NCBI GenBank assembly: GCA_007695305.1 | Contig: REEA01000109.1 | Span: 14,987 to 78,986 of the forward strand | Reading direction: 5' to 3' | DNA from: Bacteroidia bacterium | GTDB lineage: Bacteria; Bacteroidota; Bacteroidia; Bacteroidales; UBA7960 | Length of the DNA: 64,000 nucleotides | Part shown: positions 37,001 through 44,828 of the stretch, one piece after another | How positions within the stretch are numbered: position 1 is the first letter of the stretch | Layout: each line of letters opens with the position of its first letter | Program-made: the position numbers and the translations under genes | Notes under the pieces: model-generated | What the model was told of the DNA's origin: nothing | The model's input: the letters and a program-made list of their open reading frames with translations, nothing else | Databases searched by the model: none

Positions 37001-39156
37001 TTTCTGCAGGGCAACAATTTTATGAAGAACTCCTTCATGATCTTGAACATTTTAGTCATCACCTGGAAAGCACGGGAGCGAATATCAGAAGTGCCCATTT
37101 TTCTTCCCGGTCAGCCGAAATCCCGGCACTGACAGAGGACATTTCCGGCTTTGCATCCACATGGTCAAGGAACCTTGAATTGTTTATCAACAAAGCCACC
37201 CTTGACTTCTATGTCTTATCCTTGAAAGGCCGAATTCATTCAAAGATAAAAAAGTATCATTCTGACCTAAAGACCAGCCTTGAGTCCAATCTGGTGCGAC
37301 GCCTGGAGTCGTTTGAGCACTTTGCAGAGGGAATACTTGAATCACCCGGTGGCTCCGCTAAAGGCCAAAAACGCCTGGATCACGAAACCCTGAAAACTGT
37401 TCCCGTATCGGAAATTTATCACGGATTGTACGTCGAGATAGGAGAGTTAATGAGGGACATACCTGAAAAGGTGGCGGTAACAGCTGACCATCAAAGCAAG
37501 ATAAAGGAAACAGCTTTTATTGACGCAGGGAAGGTGGAGGTAAGTTTCCGGAAAACAGTGGAGTATTATATAGGTTCCGAATTGATCGACCACTGTATTC
37601 GGGTTTCCAATGAAAAAGAAGTGCATATGCAGCAAATCATTTCAGGGATCAGGGACGCCATTCGCTTGCTCAATTTTGGCCTTGACAGTGAAAGCAAAAA
37701 TGATGCACTCCAGGAACAAGACGAACAGCATGAACAAACCCTCACTCTGGTCAGGAATTTCCTGGAAAGGGTAAAGATTGAGAAGGGAAAGATTTTGGGT
37801 ATGGCCGGCGACATGGAAGAAAAGCTGGAAGAAGGGCTTCGCAGGGCGTTTGACCCCTTGTCGGCGGCTACCATTAGCACATCCAGCATGGCCGTTCGGA
37901 GAAAAACGCGTGAATCGGAGCAGGGAGAGCTTTCGAATAACATAGTTAGGCAGTGGCAAAAAGTCAAAGAAGTCACCCGAAACCGTTTTGTGGACCTGAT
38001 GTATAGCAAGAGCGAAGGTCAGTTGTGGATCAGTTACATGGCAAAAGGGGACACACTTCCGGCCGCTGCCAATAAACCGATTTTGTCTTTTGTTGAAGCC
38101 ATCACGCCTCTTCAGTCGGTAATGAAGGAATTGCCTTTTTACTACACTTCATTGTTTTCAGGACATTCAGGCACCAGTGAAGACTTTTGGGTTGGCATGA
38201 AACATGAAATGGACGAATGTAAGCGTGCCATTCAGCGTTTCAAGGCAGGTTATGCAGGGGCATTGATCATCACCGGCACGCGCAGTTCGGGTAAGTCGAG
38301 CCTGTCAAAAAAGATGGCTGAAATGCATTTCAGCAGGGATCATATTCACACCGTTCGTGCTCCCCAGGGCTGTAATGCCGATGTCGATCTGTTTACTCAA
38401 AAACTGATGGAAGCGCTACAAGTGCAAAACAACAGGTTGCACGATGCTTTCAGGGCGTTGCCATCAGGGAAAGCGATCATTATCCAGGACCTTGGTCTTT
38501 GGTGGGAGCGACGTCAGGGCGGTGATGCTGTTGTTCAGATGATCAGGGAGCTGATTGACCTTTTTGGCCATAAATGCCTGTTTATCATTAATATTAATAG
38601 TCATGCACTTGAATTAATTCATCAGCAGACGCAAATCGGGCAGCATGCTTTGGACACTGTTGTATGCGAACCGTTTGATGCAAGAGAACTGAAGGATATG
38701 TTGTTGCTTCGTCATCAGGCCGGTGGCATGAAATACAAATACAACAAAAAGGAAGAAGACCGGATGACAGCATGGGATCAGGCCCGGCTGTTTAACAAGC
38801 TTTTCGAACTTTCCTATGGTAACCCTGGTACCGCTACCATACTCTGGCTCTCGGCTATCAGAAAAGTGTCGGGAAAAACCATTGTTATGGACCCCTTCCA
38901 CTTACCATCCAACGAAGTATTCGACTTATTGACAAGCGAACAATGGTTCTATATACAGCAGTTTGTTATAAACAGGAGGATGGGTGCCGATAAACTGGCT
39001 GCCAATCTGGAAAGACCTTACGAAGAAGTAAAAACGAATATTCGCAACTTAATGCGTACAGGTATTCTGGTGGAGAGATTCGAAGGGATTTATACCATCA
39101 GACCAGGATTGGACTTATACATGATAGATCAACTGAAAAAGAAAAAGCGCATATGA
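34006..39156 (+). CDS. Giant fusion protein: SLC12-like cation-chloride cotransporter (TM domain plus CCC C-terminal domain), about 680 aa helical region, then a C-terminal P-loop NTPase module
   Basis: One uninterrupted frame. The APC/SLC12 TM domain (FGAFSGVFTPSVLAILGVIMYLRLPW; FFPAVTGFQAGVSMSGDLKNP) covers roughly 34006-35250. The CCC cytosolic domain (NWRPNVMLF from 35344; FEPNTVLMGWG; TIDFWW) runs to about 36160. Walker A GTRSSGKS is at 38275-38298 and a Walker B-like AIIIQD at 38473-38490. I prefer the GTG at 34006 because a TATCTTTG -7 box (33975-33982) lies inside the ORF-track extension from 33937. Confidence 0.85.
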   Translation: MARAKKFGAFSGVFTPSVLAILGVIMYLRLPWIVGQAGLWSVLGIILVAHIISIATGLSVASVATDKKVETGGSYYIISRSLGLPIGGTLGMALFVGFSFSVSLYLIGFAETFLNTAGMELSLQNIRIAGSIILLVVTAVTFISTSLAIKAQYLIMGAIGLSLLSIFWGSHGFAATDPLLRPADEVLPWIALFAIFFPAVTGFQAGVSMSGDLKNPGKAIPVGTISAIIVGFIIYAGLATFFALTVDRDMLLHDPRVLFEISMVPELVIAGILAATLSSAMVSILSAPRVLQAVAMDRILPRFFAKGYGASNEPRNALIVAYLIAQAGILIGELNVIARIVTIFFILTYGFLNITYAIESWAGSDFRPSFKIPRFVSIIGAIACIVVMIQLDIVALIVASVILVALFLFLKKKELTLQTGDTWTGVWSSLVKTGLIRLSSSGSKIRNWRPNVMLFSGGEKNRPHLVEMGRALVGKMGVFTNFELSEQPSGDILFGVKEIPTLKDTRQEDRDVFTRKHTCRDIYEGIDLISRVYGFTGFEPNTVLMGWGRKSRKPEKFAELLNNLQRQDFNCLFLSYDKEKGFGNYKTIDFWWKGHGRGLSLAVFLMKFITSGDLWRTARIRILVINTDSSKTESLYGLIRQVLENHRLRADVKVIYNGVDQLPVVDIIGAESRNTDLTIMELPEFSHRAAESAFTQVNAFADSAGTSLFISPSTVFDTFSLLGFEEDSTESIPEEKSRPSADIFNSLRFSANEIIANEVNNIGQTAGRFAQKFFEQGPERILKLDLRFFPEIRHFALRTTDSLERLITETKPADLPMAFLRILNDFSFHSQRQIQMLREQRISSIKTILEEATLEYLDALRAMRNVMPEYIYLKRSREQLALKKEDSLRTRIYKARKILLTYVLRRPVTHKIRVIPSAEYFLYHRRLKSLQQMLADFSMHTFTEVVEIRKLLNGIHELIEKSRLDPESKPKLKERIKLERSRLDARLKLLEQESQQFFFSAGQQFYEELLHDLEHFSHHLESTGANIRSAHFSSRSAEIPALTEDISGFASTWSRNLELFINKATLDFYVLSLKGRIHSKIKKYHSDLKTSLESNLVRRLESFEHFAEGILESPGGSAKGQKRLDHETLKTVPVSEIYHGLYVEIGELMRDIPEKVAVTADHQSKIKETAFIDAGKVEVSFRKTVEYYIGSELIDHCIRVSNEKEVHMQQIISGIRDAIRLLNFGLDSESKNDALQEQDEQHEQTLTLVRNFLERVKIEKGKILGMAGDMEEKLEEGLRRAFDPLSAATISTSSMAVRRKTRESEQGELSNNIVRQWQKVKEVTRNRFVDLMYSKSEGQLWISYMAKGDTLPAAANKPILSFVEAITPLQSVMKELPFYYTSLFSGHSGTSEDFWVGMKHEMDECKRAIQRFKAGYAGALIITGTRSSGKSSLSKKMAEMHFSRDHIHTVRAPQGCNADVDLFTQKLMEALQVQNNRLHDAFRALPSGKAIIIQDLGLWWERRQGGDAVVQMIRELIDLFGHKCLFIININSHALELIHQQTQIGQHALDTVVCEPFDARELKDMLLLRHQAGGMKYKYNKKEEDRMTAWDQARLFNKLFELSYGNPGTATILWLSAIRKVSGKTIVMDPFHLPSNEVFDLLTSEQWFYIQQFVINRRMGADKLAANLERPYEEVKTNIRNLMRTGILVERFEGIYTIRPGLDLYMIDQLKKKKRI

Positions 39157-39854
39157 GTCTGATAATTTTTATTTTGGCAGGATTCCTGCTTTTTTTCATG
39201 TTTCAGCTCCTGGGCCGGGCAAGGCAAACGTTTGCTCAAAAAAAGCTGTGGCACAGGAGTGCTGGATCCTTGTTGCCCCTGGCAGAGCTCATATTGTGGG
39301 TGGCTTATGCTTTTTGGGGCATTCACTTATTGTTCGGCAACCATATTTATTTTGACCTGGTCGTTGGCATAATGGTCGTTTTGGTGATTGTGGCCATTGC
39401 TTGGTTTGTGTTTCGGGATCTTTTTGCCGGGGTCTTGCTCAAAGCAGAAAAGGCACTCGAACCGGGCCAGACAATCAAAACGCCTTTCGCAGAAGGTAAA
39501 ATCAAGCATCTGGGAAGCAGGTCTATAGAATTGATCAATGACAGCGGAGAACTGGTAAAGATCCCTTATTCCCGGCTCAGCAATGAATTGTTTATTCTCC
39601 CCCCGGACAATGAAGACAGCTTGCCACACCACCTGGAAATTATTTTACAAAACAACCAAAACCCGGATGAGCTAAGAAAACGAATAAGGGAAAATCTGAT
39701 AGCCATGCCATGGGTGCTGCTTCCCGTACCTGATATAACAGTGATAAAAGGAAAAGATGGCGTGTTAAAACTGCATGTGATGTTTTATACCCACATCCGT
39801 TCCCACGCAGCCATTGTAGAAGAAAAACTCAAAATAATTGCCGGACAGTATTAA
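39153..39854 (+). CDS. Minimal MscS-like mechanosensitive channel protein (233 aa)
   Basis: Three N-terminal hydrophobic helices followed by an MscS beta-domain-like segment (FRDLFAGVLLKAEKALEPGQTIKTPFAEGKIKHLGSRSIELINDSGELVKIPYSRL). Its ATG overlaps the stop of the giant ORF (ATGA at 39153-39156). Confidence 0.75.
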   Translation: MSLIIFILAGFLLFFMFQLLGRARQTFAQKKLWHRSAGSLLPLAELILWVAYAFWGIHLLFGNHIYFDLVVGIMVVLVIVAIAWFVFRDLFAGVLLKAEKALEPGQTIKTPFAEGKIKHLGSRSIELINDSGELVKIPYSRLSNELFILPPDNEDSLPHHLEIILQNNQNPDELRKRIRENLIAMPWVLLPVPDITVIKGKDGVLKLHVMFYTHIRSHAAIVEEKLKIIAGQY

Positions 39855-39877
39855 AGAATTTATGGCTAAAGAAGGTG

Positions 39878-40849
39878 TTATAATTCTCTCCTGACTGTAA
39901 ACTCAATCAGCTGTTTCAGCGATTCCCTTGCCGGGACATCCGGCATTGACTGCAGCAATTCCAAAGCCTGATCCTTGTAAAGATTCATATAATCCCGCGC
40001 GTAATCTATGCCACCTTTTTCATTCACCAGTTCCATTAATTCATTCACCCTGACAGGATCCTGATTGTGGTTTTTGATGATGTTGATGATTTTTCTCCTT
40101 TCATTATATGATGCATGTTTGATCAAATAAATAAGCGGGAGGGTAAGTTTTTGTTCCTTGATGTCCGTACCCGATGGTTTTCCCTTGGCTGTGCCGGTTT
40201 CAAAGTCCAGTATGTCGTCTTTGATCTGAAAGGCAATCCCTGCTTTTTCACCAATCAGGTGCATGTGCATAACATCCTCATGGGAAGCACGCGCAGAAGC
40301 AGCACCGCAAGCGAGGCAGGATGCAATTAATGAGGCTGTTTTTTTTCTGATGATCTCAAAATATATGTCCTCGTCAACATCCAGGCTGCGCGCTTTTTCA
40401 ATCTGCATCAGTTCACCCTCACTCATTTCTTTTACCGAGTTTGTCACGATCTTCAAAAGATCAAAGTCATCATGCTCAAGCGATAACAATAACCCCCTTG
40501 AAAGGAGGTAATCACCTACGAGGACGGATATTTTGTTTTTCCACAAGGCGTTAAGCGAGAAGAAACCCCGTCGCTCGTTGGAATCATCCACCACATCGTC
40601 ATGAATGAGGGTAGCTGTATGCAGGAGTTCGATCAACGAAGCGGCACGATATGTGCGCTCGGAAATTTCTCCAAACAAACCCGCCGAGAAAAACACAAAC
40701 AACGGGCGAATCTGTTTGCCCTTTCTTCTGACAATGTAGCGTGTGATTTTGTCAAGAAGAGATACCTGGCTTTTCATGGAATCCCTGAAACGGGATTCAA
40801 ATATGTTTACATGCTCCTCAACAGGGGCTTTTATCTCTTTCAATGTCAT
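39878..40849 (-). CDS. ispB: Polyprenyl diphosphate synthase (octaprenyl/IspB-like)
   Basis: First and second Asp-rich motifs, LIHDDVVDDS and KDDILD. A 323 aa trans-isoprenyl diphosphate synthase. Confidence 0.9.
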   Translation of the reverse strand: MTLKEIKAPVEEHVNIFESRFRDSMKSQVSLLDKITRYIVRRKGKQIRPLFVFFSAGLFGEISERTYRAASLIELLHTATLIHDDVVDDSNERRGFFSLNALWKNKISVLVGDYLLSRGLLLSLEHDDFDLLKIVTNSVKEMSEGELMQIEKARSLDVDEDIYFEIIRKKTASLIASCLACGAASARASHEDVMHMHLIGEKAGIAFQIKDDILDFETGTAKGKPSGTDIKEQKLTLPLIYLIKHASYNERRKIINIIKNHNQDPVRVNELMELVNEKGGIDYARDYMNLYKDQALELLQSMPDVPARESLKQLIEFTVRREL

Positions 40850-40871
40850 GATGACAGTATTTTTCTTGCAT

Positions 40872-40879
40872 CAAACTTA
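40872..40879 (-). promoter_or_regulatory. -7 box TAAGTTTG upstream of ispB
   Basis: Exact match, 22 nt upstream of the ATG at 40849. Confidence 0.45.
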
Positions 40880-41047
40880 CAACAGCTTAAGGAATTATAC
40901 AAGATAAACGGGAAATAATGATTCTTGTTTGATAAAAGCAAGGTTGGGGAGTCCAAAAGCCCCGGTAATATTTACAGAGAAGTAAATCAACCCCGAAACA
41001 TGCACACACATATTTCAAAACACAATTAATAATCGGCAATGACTGAA

Positions 41048-42577
41048 TTACTTTGGTTTAAAAGAAATCCTTGCTGAAACGACTTTTGACACATTTTCGG
41101 CAGGGATGCGTTCCTGCTGCATGCTGTCCCTTTCCCTGATCGTCACCGTGTTGTCTTCCAGGGTTTGGTGATCGATAGTGATACAATAGGGTGTTCCGAT
41201 GGCATCCTGCCTTCGGTACCGCCTGCCAATGGCATCTTTGTCTTCATACTGGCAAAGAAAGTCATATTTAAGGCGATCAAATAATTCCCGGCCTTTTTCG
41301 GGCAGGCCATCTTTTTTCATGAGGGGCAAAACAGCAATTTTTGTTGGTGCCAGTGCCGGAGGAATATTCATAACCACCCGTTCAGAGCCGTCTTCCAGCT
41401 TTTCTTCCGTGAAGGCGCAGCTGATAACAGCCAGGAACATTCGGTCAAGTCCTATGGATGTTTCCACCACATAAGGAGTGTAGCTTTCATTGGTGTCAGG
41501 ATCAAAATACTGAAGCTTCTTTCCACTAAACTTCTGGTGTGCACCCAGGTCAAAATCTGTGCGCGAATGAATCCCTTCGATCTCCTTGAAACCAAACGGA
41601 AAATCGAATTCAATGTCCACTGCAGCATTGGCATAATGGGCCAGCTTGTCGTGGTCGTGTATGCGAAACATTTCCTTTGGAATGCCCAAAGCCAGGTGCC
41701 AGCGCATCCTTTCCTCCTTCCAGTATTCAAACCACTCTTTTTCCAGTCCGGGTTTGACAAAATACTGCATTTCCATTTGTTCAAACTCCCGCATCCGAAA
41801 AATAAACTGGCGAGCAACAATCTCATTGCGGAAAGCCTTCCCAATTTGTGCTATTCCAAAAGGGAGCTTCATTCGCCCTGTTTTTTGGACATTAAGGTAG
41901 TTAACAAATATACCCTGGGCTGTCTCGGGCCTGAGATACACGAGAGAAGCGCCGTCGCTGGCCGATCCCATTTTGGTGCTGAACATCAGATTAAACTGAC
42001 GCACGTCTGTCCAGTTTCGCGAACCGGACACCGGACAGGCAATTTCCAACTCTTCGATCAGAGCTTTCAGGTCGTTTAAGTGGCCATTTTCCATGGCTGG
42101 CACAAAACGGACATTTATATCATTGATTTTTTGAATATTAGCCTGTACACGGGGATTGGTTTCCCGGAACATTTTTTCATCAAACGTGTCGCCAAATCGC
42201 TTCGCCGCTTTTTGGACCTCCTTGTTGATTTTTTCTTCCAGTTTGGCAATATGGTCTTCAATCAGGACGTCTGCACGGTATCTTTTTTTGGAATCCTTGT
42301 TATCGATGAGCGGGTCATTGAAAGCATCAACGTGCCCGCTAGCCTTCCAAACAGTTGGGTGCATAAAAATGGCAGCATCCAGGCCAACAATGTTTTCATG
42401 GTACTGAACCATGGATCTCCACCAGTAATCCTTGATGTTATTTTTCAGCTCGGCGCCGTTTTGTCCGTAATCATACACAGCACTTAATCCGTCATAGATT
42501 TCGCTGGATGGAAAAATGAACCCATATTCTTTGCAATGCGCGATGATCTTTTTAAATCTGTCTTCCCCTTTGTTCAT
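41048..42577 (-). CDS. glyQS: Glycine--tRNA ligase (dimeric GlyQS type)
   Basis: 509 aa. N-terminus IIAHCKEYGFIFPSSEIYDGLSAVYDYGQNG is typical of class II alpha2 GlyRS, with a C-terminal anticodon-binding domain. Confidence 0.96.
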   Translation of the reverse strand: MNKGEDRFKKIIAHCKEYGFIFPSSEIYDGLSAVYDYGQNGAELKNNIKDYWWRSMVQYHENIVGLDAAIFMHPTVWKASGHVDAFNDPLIDNKDSKKRYRADVLIEDHIAKLEEKINKEVQKAAKRFGDTFDEKMFRETNPRVQANIQKINDINVRFVPAMENGHLNDLKALIEELEIACPVSGSRNWTDVRQFNLMFSTKMGSASDGASLVYLRPETAQGIFVNYLNVQKTGRMKLPFGIAQIGKAFRNEIVARQFIFRMREFEQMEMQYFVKPGLEKEWFEYWKEERMRWHLALGIPKEMFRIHDHDKLAHYANAAVDIEFDFPFGFKEIEGIHSRTDFDLGAHQKFSGKKLQYFDPDTNESYTPYVVETSIGLDRMFLAVISCAFTEEKLEDGSERVVMNIPPALAPTKIAVLPLMKKDGLPEKGRELFDRLKYDFLCQYEDKDAIGRRYRRQDAIGTPYCITIDHQTLEDNTVTIRERDSMQQERIPAENVSKVVSARISFKPK

Positions 42578-42662
42578 TATTAGATTTTATTATGATTGAA
42601 TGATTATGATCATACTATGTGATTCGGTTGATTTTTTAGTCCAAAACAGTATTCGGCGGTTT

Positions 42663-43676
42663 TCATGCTGAACCGCCTTTGTCTGCGTTTACCACAACCC
42701 TCAGACTTCTTGGGAGGATTTCAAAAGCAATGGGAGCATGTCCGAGCGACTCTCCATCTGCTTCCAGGAGCAAGGGAGACTCACATTCGATCCGTATGGT
42801 TTTGCCCGTAAAGCTTTCCACCCTCTTATGTTTTTTAATGGTTCCGTCGTATAGCCTGCGCACATTGGTAATAACCGACCATTTGCTCAGGTCTTTGATC
42901 ATTGTAAGATCGAACAGGCCATCGTCTGTTTTGGCGTCAGGTGTTTGTTTCATCCCACCGCCATTATATTTTCCAATACCAACCCCGATACTGAAAACCT
43001 TTTCTGTTAACTCAATCCCGTCAATGATCAATTTGGTTTGACAAGACTTGTAAGAAAACAGGGACCCGACGAGGTTCACCAGGTAGAGAAAAGGATTTCC
43101 CCGCCCACGGGTTTTGTCGGCATTGGTTTTTTTGGCTACCAGCCCGTCAAAACCAAGGCCGGCGACATTGACAAAAAAACGGGAGAGCTGTCTGTTATTG
43201 TTATAGTACCTTACAATACCAACATCCTGAAGCATGGTTTCATGCTGTTTCAGTATCAGTACAGACTGCTCATAATTGGTGGGAATGTTATAGGTTCTGA
43301 CCCAGTCGTTGCCGGTTCCAACCGATATCATACCCACGGTAAAGCCTTTTGTGGGCCATTCTTTCTGCCTAAAAATGCCATTCACCACCTCATTCATGGT
43401 ACCGTCACCCCCAACGGCGATGAAATTCCTGTACCCTTCCGCCATGCTCTCCAACACAAGCTCGCAGGCGTGCATTGGCCTTTCGGTAAAAACAGCACGG
43501 TAAGCAAAACCATGCTTTTCCAGGAGACCGGATATTTTGCCCCAGTCCCTGCCCGCTTTTCCTATGCCGGCATTGGGATTAACCACCGCCAGCCATTCTT
43601 TCTTTTGATAATTGGCCAATTGAAATGTGTCGTTGTCTTGTTTTTTTGGAAGATGCAAAGGTAAAAAAAATATCAA
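42663..43676 (-). CDS. Diacylglycerol/lipid kinase family protein (YegS/BmrU-like)
   Basis: Motifs VVNPNAGIGK, AVGGDGTMNEV and GTGNDW. The start is uncertain. The ORF-track start is a TTG at 43676, but a TACCTTTG -7 box (43656-43663) lies inside it, so the in-frame TTG at 43619 (M-ANYQKKEWLAVVNP) may be the true start. Confidence 0.85.
   Translation of the reverse strand: MIFFLPLHLPKKQDNDTFQLANYQKKEWLAVVNPNAGIGKAGRDWGKISGLLEKHGFAYRAVFTERPMHACELVLESMAEGYRNFIAVGGDGTMNEVVNGIFRQKEWPTKGFTVGMISVGTGNDWVRTYNIPTNYEQSVLILKQHETMLQDVGIVRYYNNNRQLSRFFVNVAGLGFDGLVAKKTNADKTRGRGNPFLYLVNLVGSLFSYKSCQTKLIIDGIELTEKVFSIGVGIGKYNGGGMKQTPDAKTDDGLFDLTMIKDLSKWSVITNVRRLYDGTIKKHKRVESFTGKTIRIECESPLLLEADGESLGHAPIAFEILPRSLRVVVNADKGGSA
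43656..43663 (-). promoter_or_regulatory. -7 box TACCTTTG upstream of the lipid kinase gene
   Basis: Exact match. It lies inside the ORF-track N-terminal extension, 36 nt upstream of an in-frame TTG at 43619. Confidence 0.35.
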
Positions 43677-43733
43677 AACGCAGGACAGACAGGCATTGAT
43701 ACCCAGTCAACGAGACAGGGCCTTTGGGGTGTT

Positions 43734-44732
43734 CTACATTGAAGACACCCACCCGCGTTTCATGATATGTTCGGCAATTTGGACGGCATTGGTAGCCGCT
43801 CCCTTGCGCAAATTGTCGGCAACGATCCACATATCCATCCCAAATGGAACCGAAACATCCCTGCGGATTCTGCCCACGAAAACCTCATCTTTCCCTTCTG
43901 CATATTTTGGCATGGGATAAATGTTGCCGGCAGGATCATCCCGTACAACAACTCCTTCGGCTTTTTCAAGCAACTCCAGGATGTCGGCAAGCACAAAATC
44001 ATTCTTCAGTTCAATGTTTACTGCTTCGGAATGTCCGCCCAAAACCGGAATGCGCACAACGGTGGCCGTTATTTGCAGATCAGGTGCGTTCAAAATCTTC
44101 CTGGTTTCAGTTACCAGTTTCATCTCTTCTGCCGTGTAAGCATTATCAAGAAAAGCACCGCCATGGGGAAAACAATTCAGATCAATAGGATAAGGATACG
44201 CCATTTCTCCTTGCTTTCCCTGGCGCTCATTTTGCAATTGTGCCACCGCTTTTGCCCCGGTTCCCGTAACTGACTGGTAGGTTGAAATAACCAGTCTTTT
44301 TATCCCGTAGGTTCTGTGAATGGGTGCCAGTGCAACAACCAACTGGATGGTGCTGCAGTTGGGGTTGGCAATGATCTTCGCAGATGCCCGGAGGCTTGCT
44401 GCATTTACTTCGGGCACCACCAGCGGCACTTCCGGATCTCCTCGCCATGCCGATGAATTGTCAATGACAAACCAGCCTCGTTCGGCAAAAGCCCTCGCAT
44501 AACGCAGGGATGTTGATGCACCCGCTGAAAAAATCGCTATCCCCGGTGATGCCGTTAAGGCCTGCTCAACACCTGCAACAGTATATGTTTTGCCCCTAAA
44601 GACCAACTCACGCCCGACAGACCGCTCCGATGCGCATGGGATGAAGCCTGTTAGCTCCAACTTGCGCTCTTCCAACACACGCATCATTACTTCACCCACC
44701 AGCCCTGTGGCTCCAATCAATGCTACTACCAT
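43734..44732 (-). CDS. asd: Aspartate-semialdehyde dehydrogenase
   Basis: N-terminal GATGLVG Rossmann motif and active-site context NPNCSTIQL. 332 aa. Confidence 0.95.
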   Translation of the reverse strand: MVVALIGATGLVGEVMMRVLEERKLELTGFIPCASERSVGRELVFRGKTYTVAGVEQALTASPGIAIFSAGASTSLRYARAFAERGWFVIDNSSAWRGDPEVPLVVPEVNAASLRASAKIIANPNCSTIQLVVALAPIHRTYGIKRLVISTYQSVTGTGAKAVAQLQNERQGKQGEMAYPYPIDLNCFPHGGAFLDNAYTAEEMKLVTETRKILNAPDLQITATVVRIPVLGGHSEAVNIELKNDFVLADILELLEKAEGVVVRDDPAGNIYPMPKYAEGKDEVFVGRIRRDVSVPFGMDMWIVADNLRKGAATNAVQIAEHIMKRGWVSSM

Positions 44733-44766
44733 AAAAAATATGTTTTAAACCATTTGCAATCTTTTC

Positions 44767-44774
44767 CAAAAATA
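44767..44774 (-). promoter_or_regulatory. -7 box TATTTTTG upstream of asd
   Basis: Exact match, 34 nt upstream of the asd ATG at 44732. Confidence 0.4.
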
Positions 44775-44828
44775 GTCAATCTCTGAATCAAAAAAAAGAC
44801 ATAATTTTATATCATAAAAAAATAAGTG

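Noticed and set aside
43038-43664. 208 aa plus-strand ORF
   Set aside because: It is antisense to the diacylglycerol kinase family gene, which has clear GDGT and GTGNDW motifs. It is a shadow ORF.
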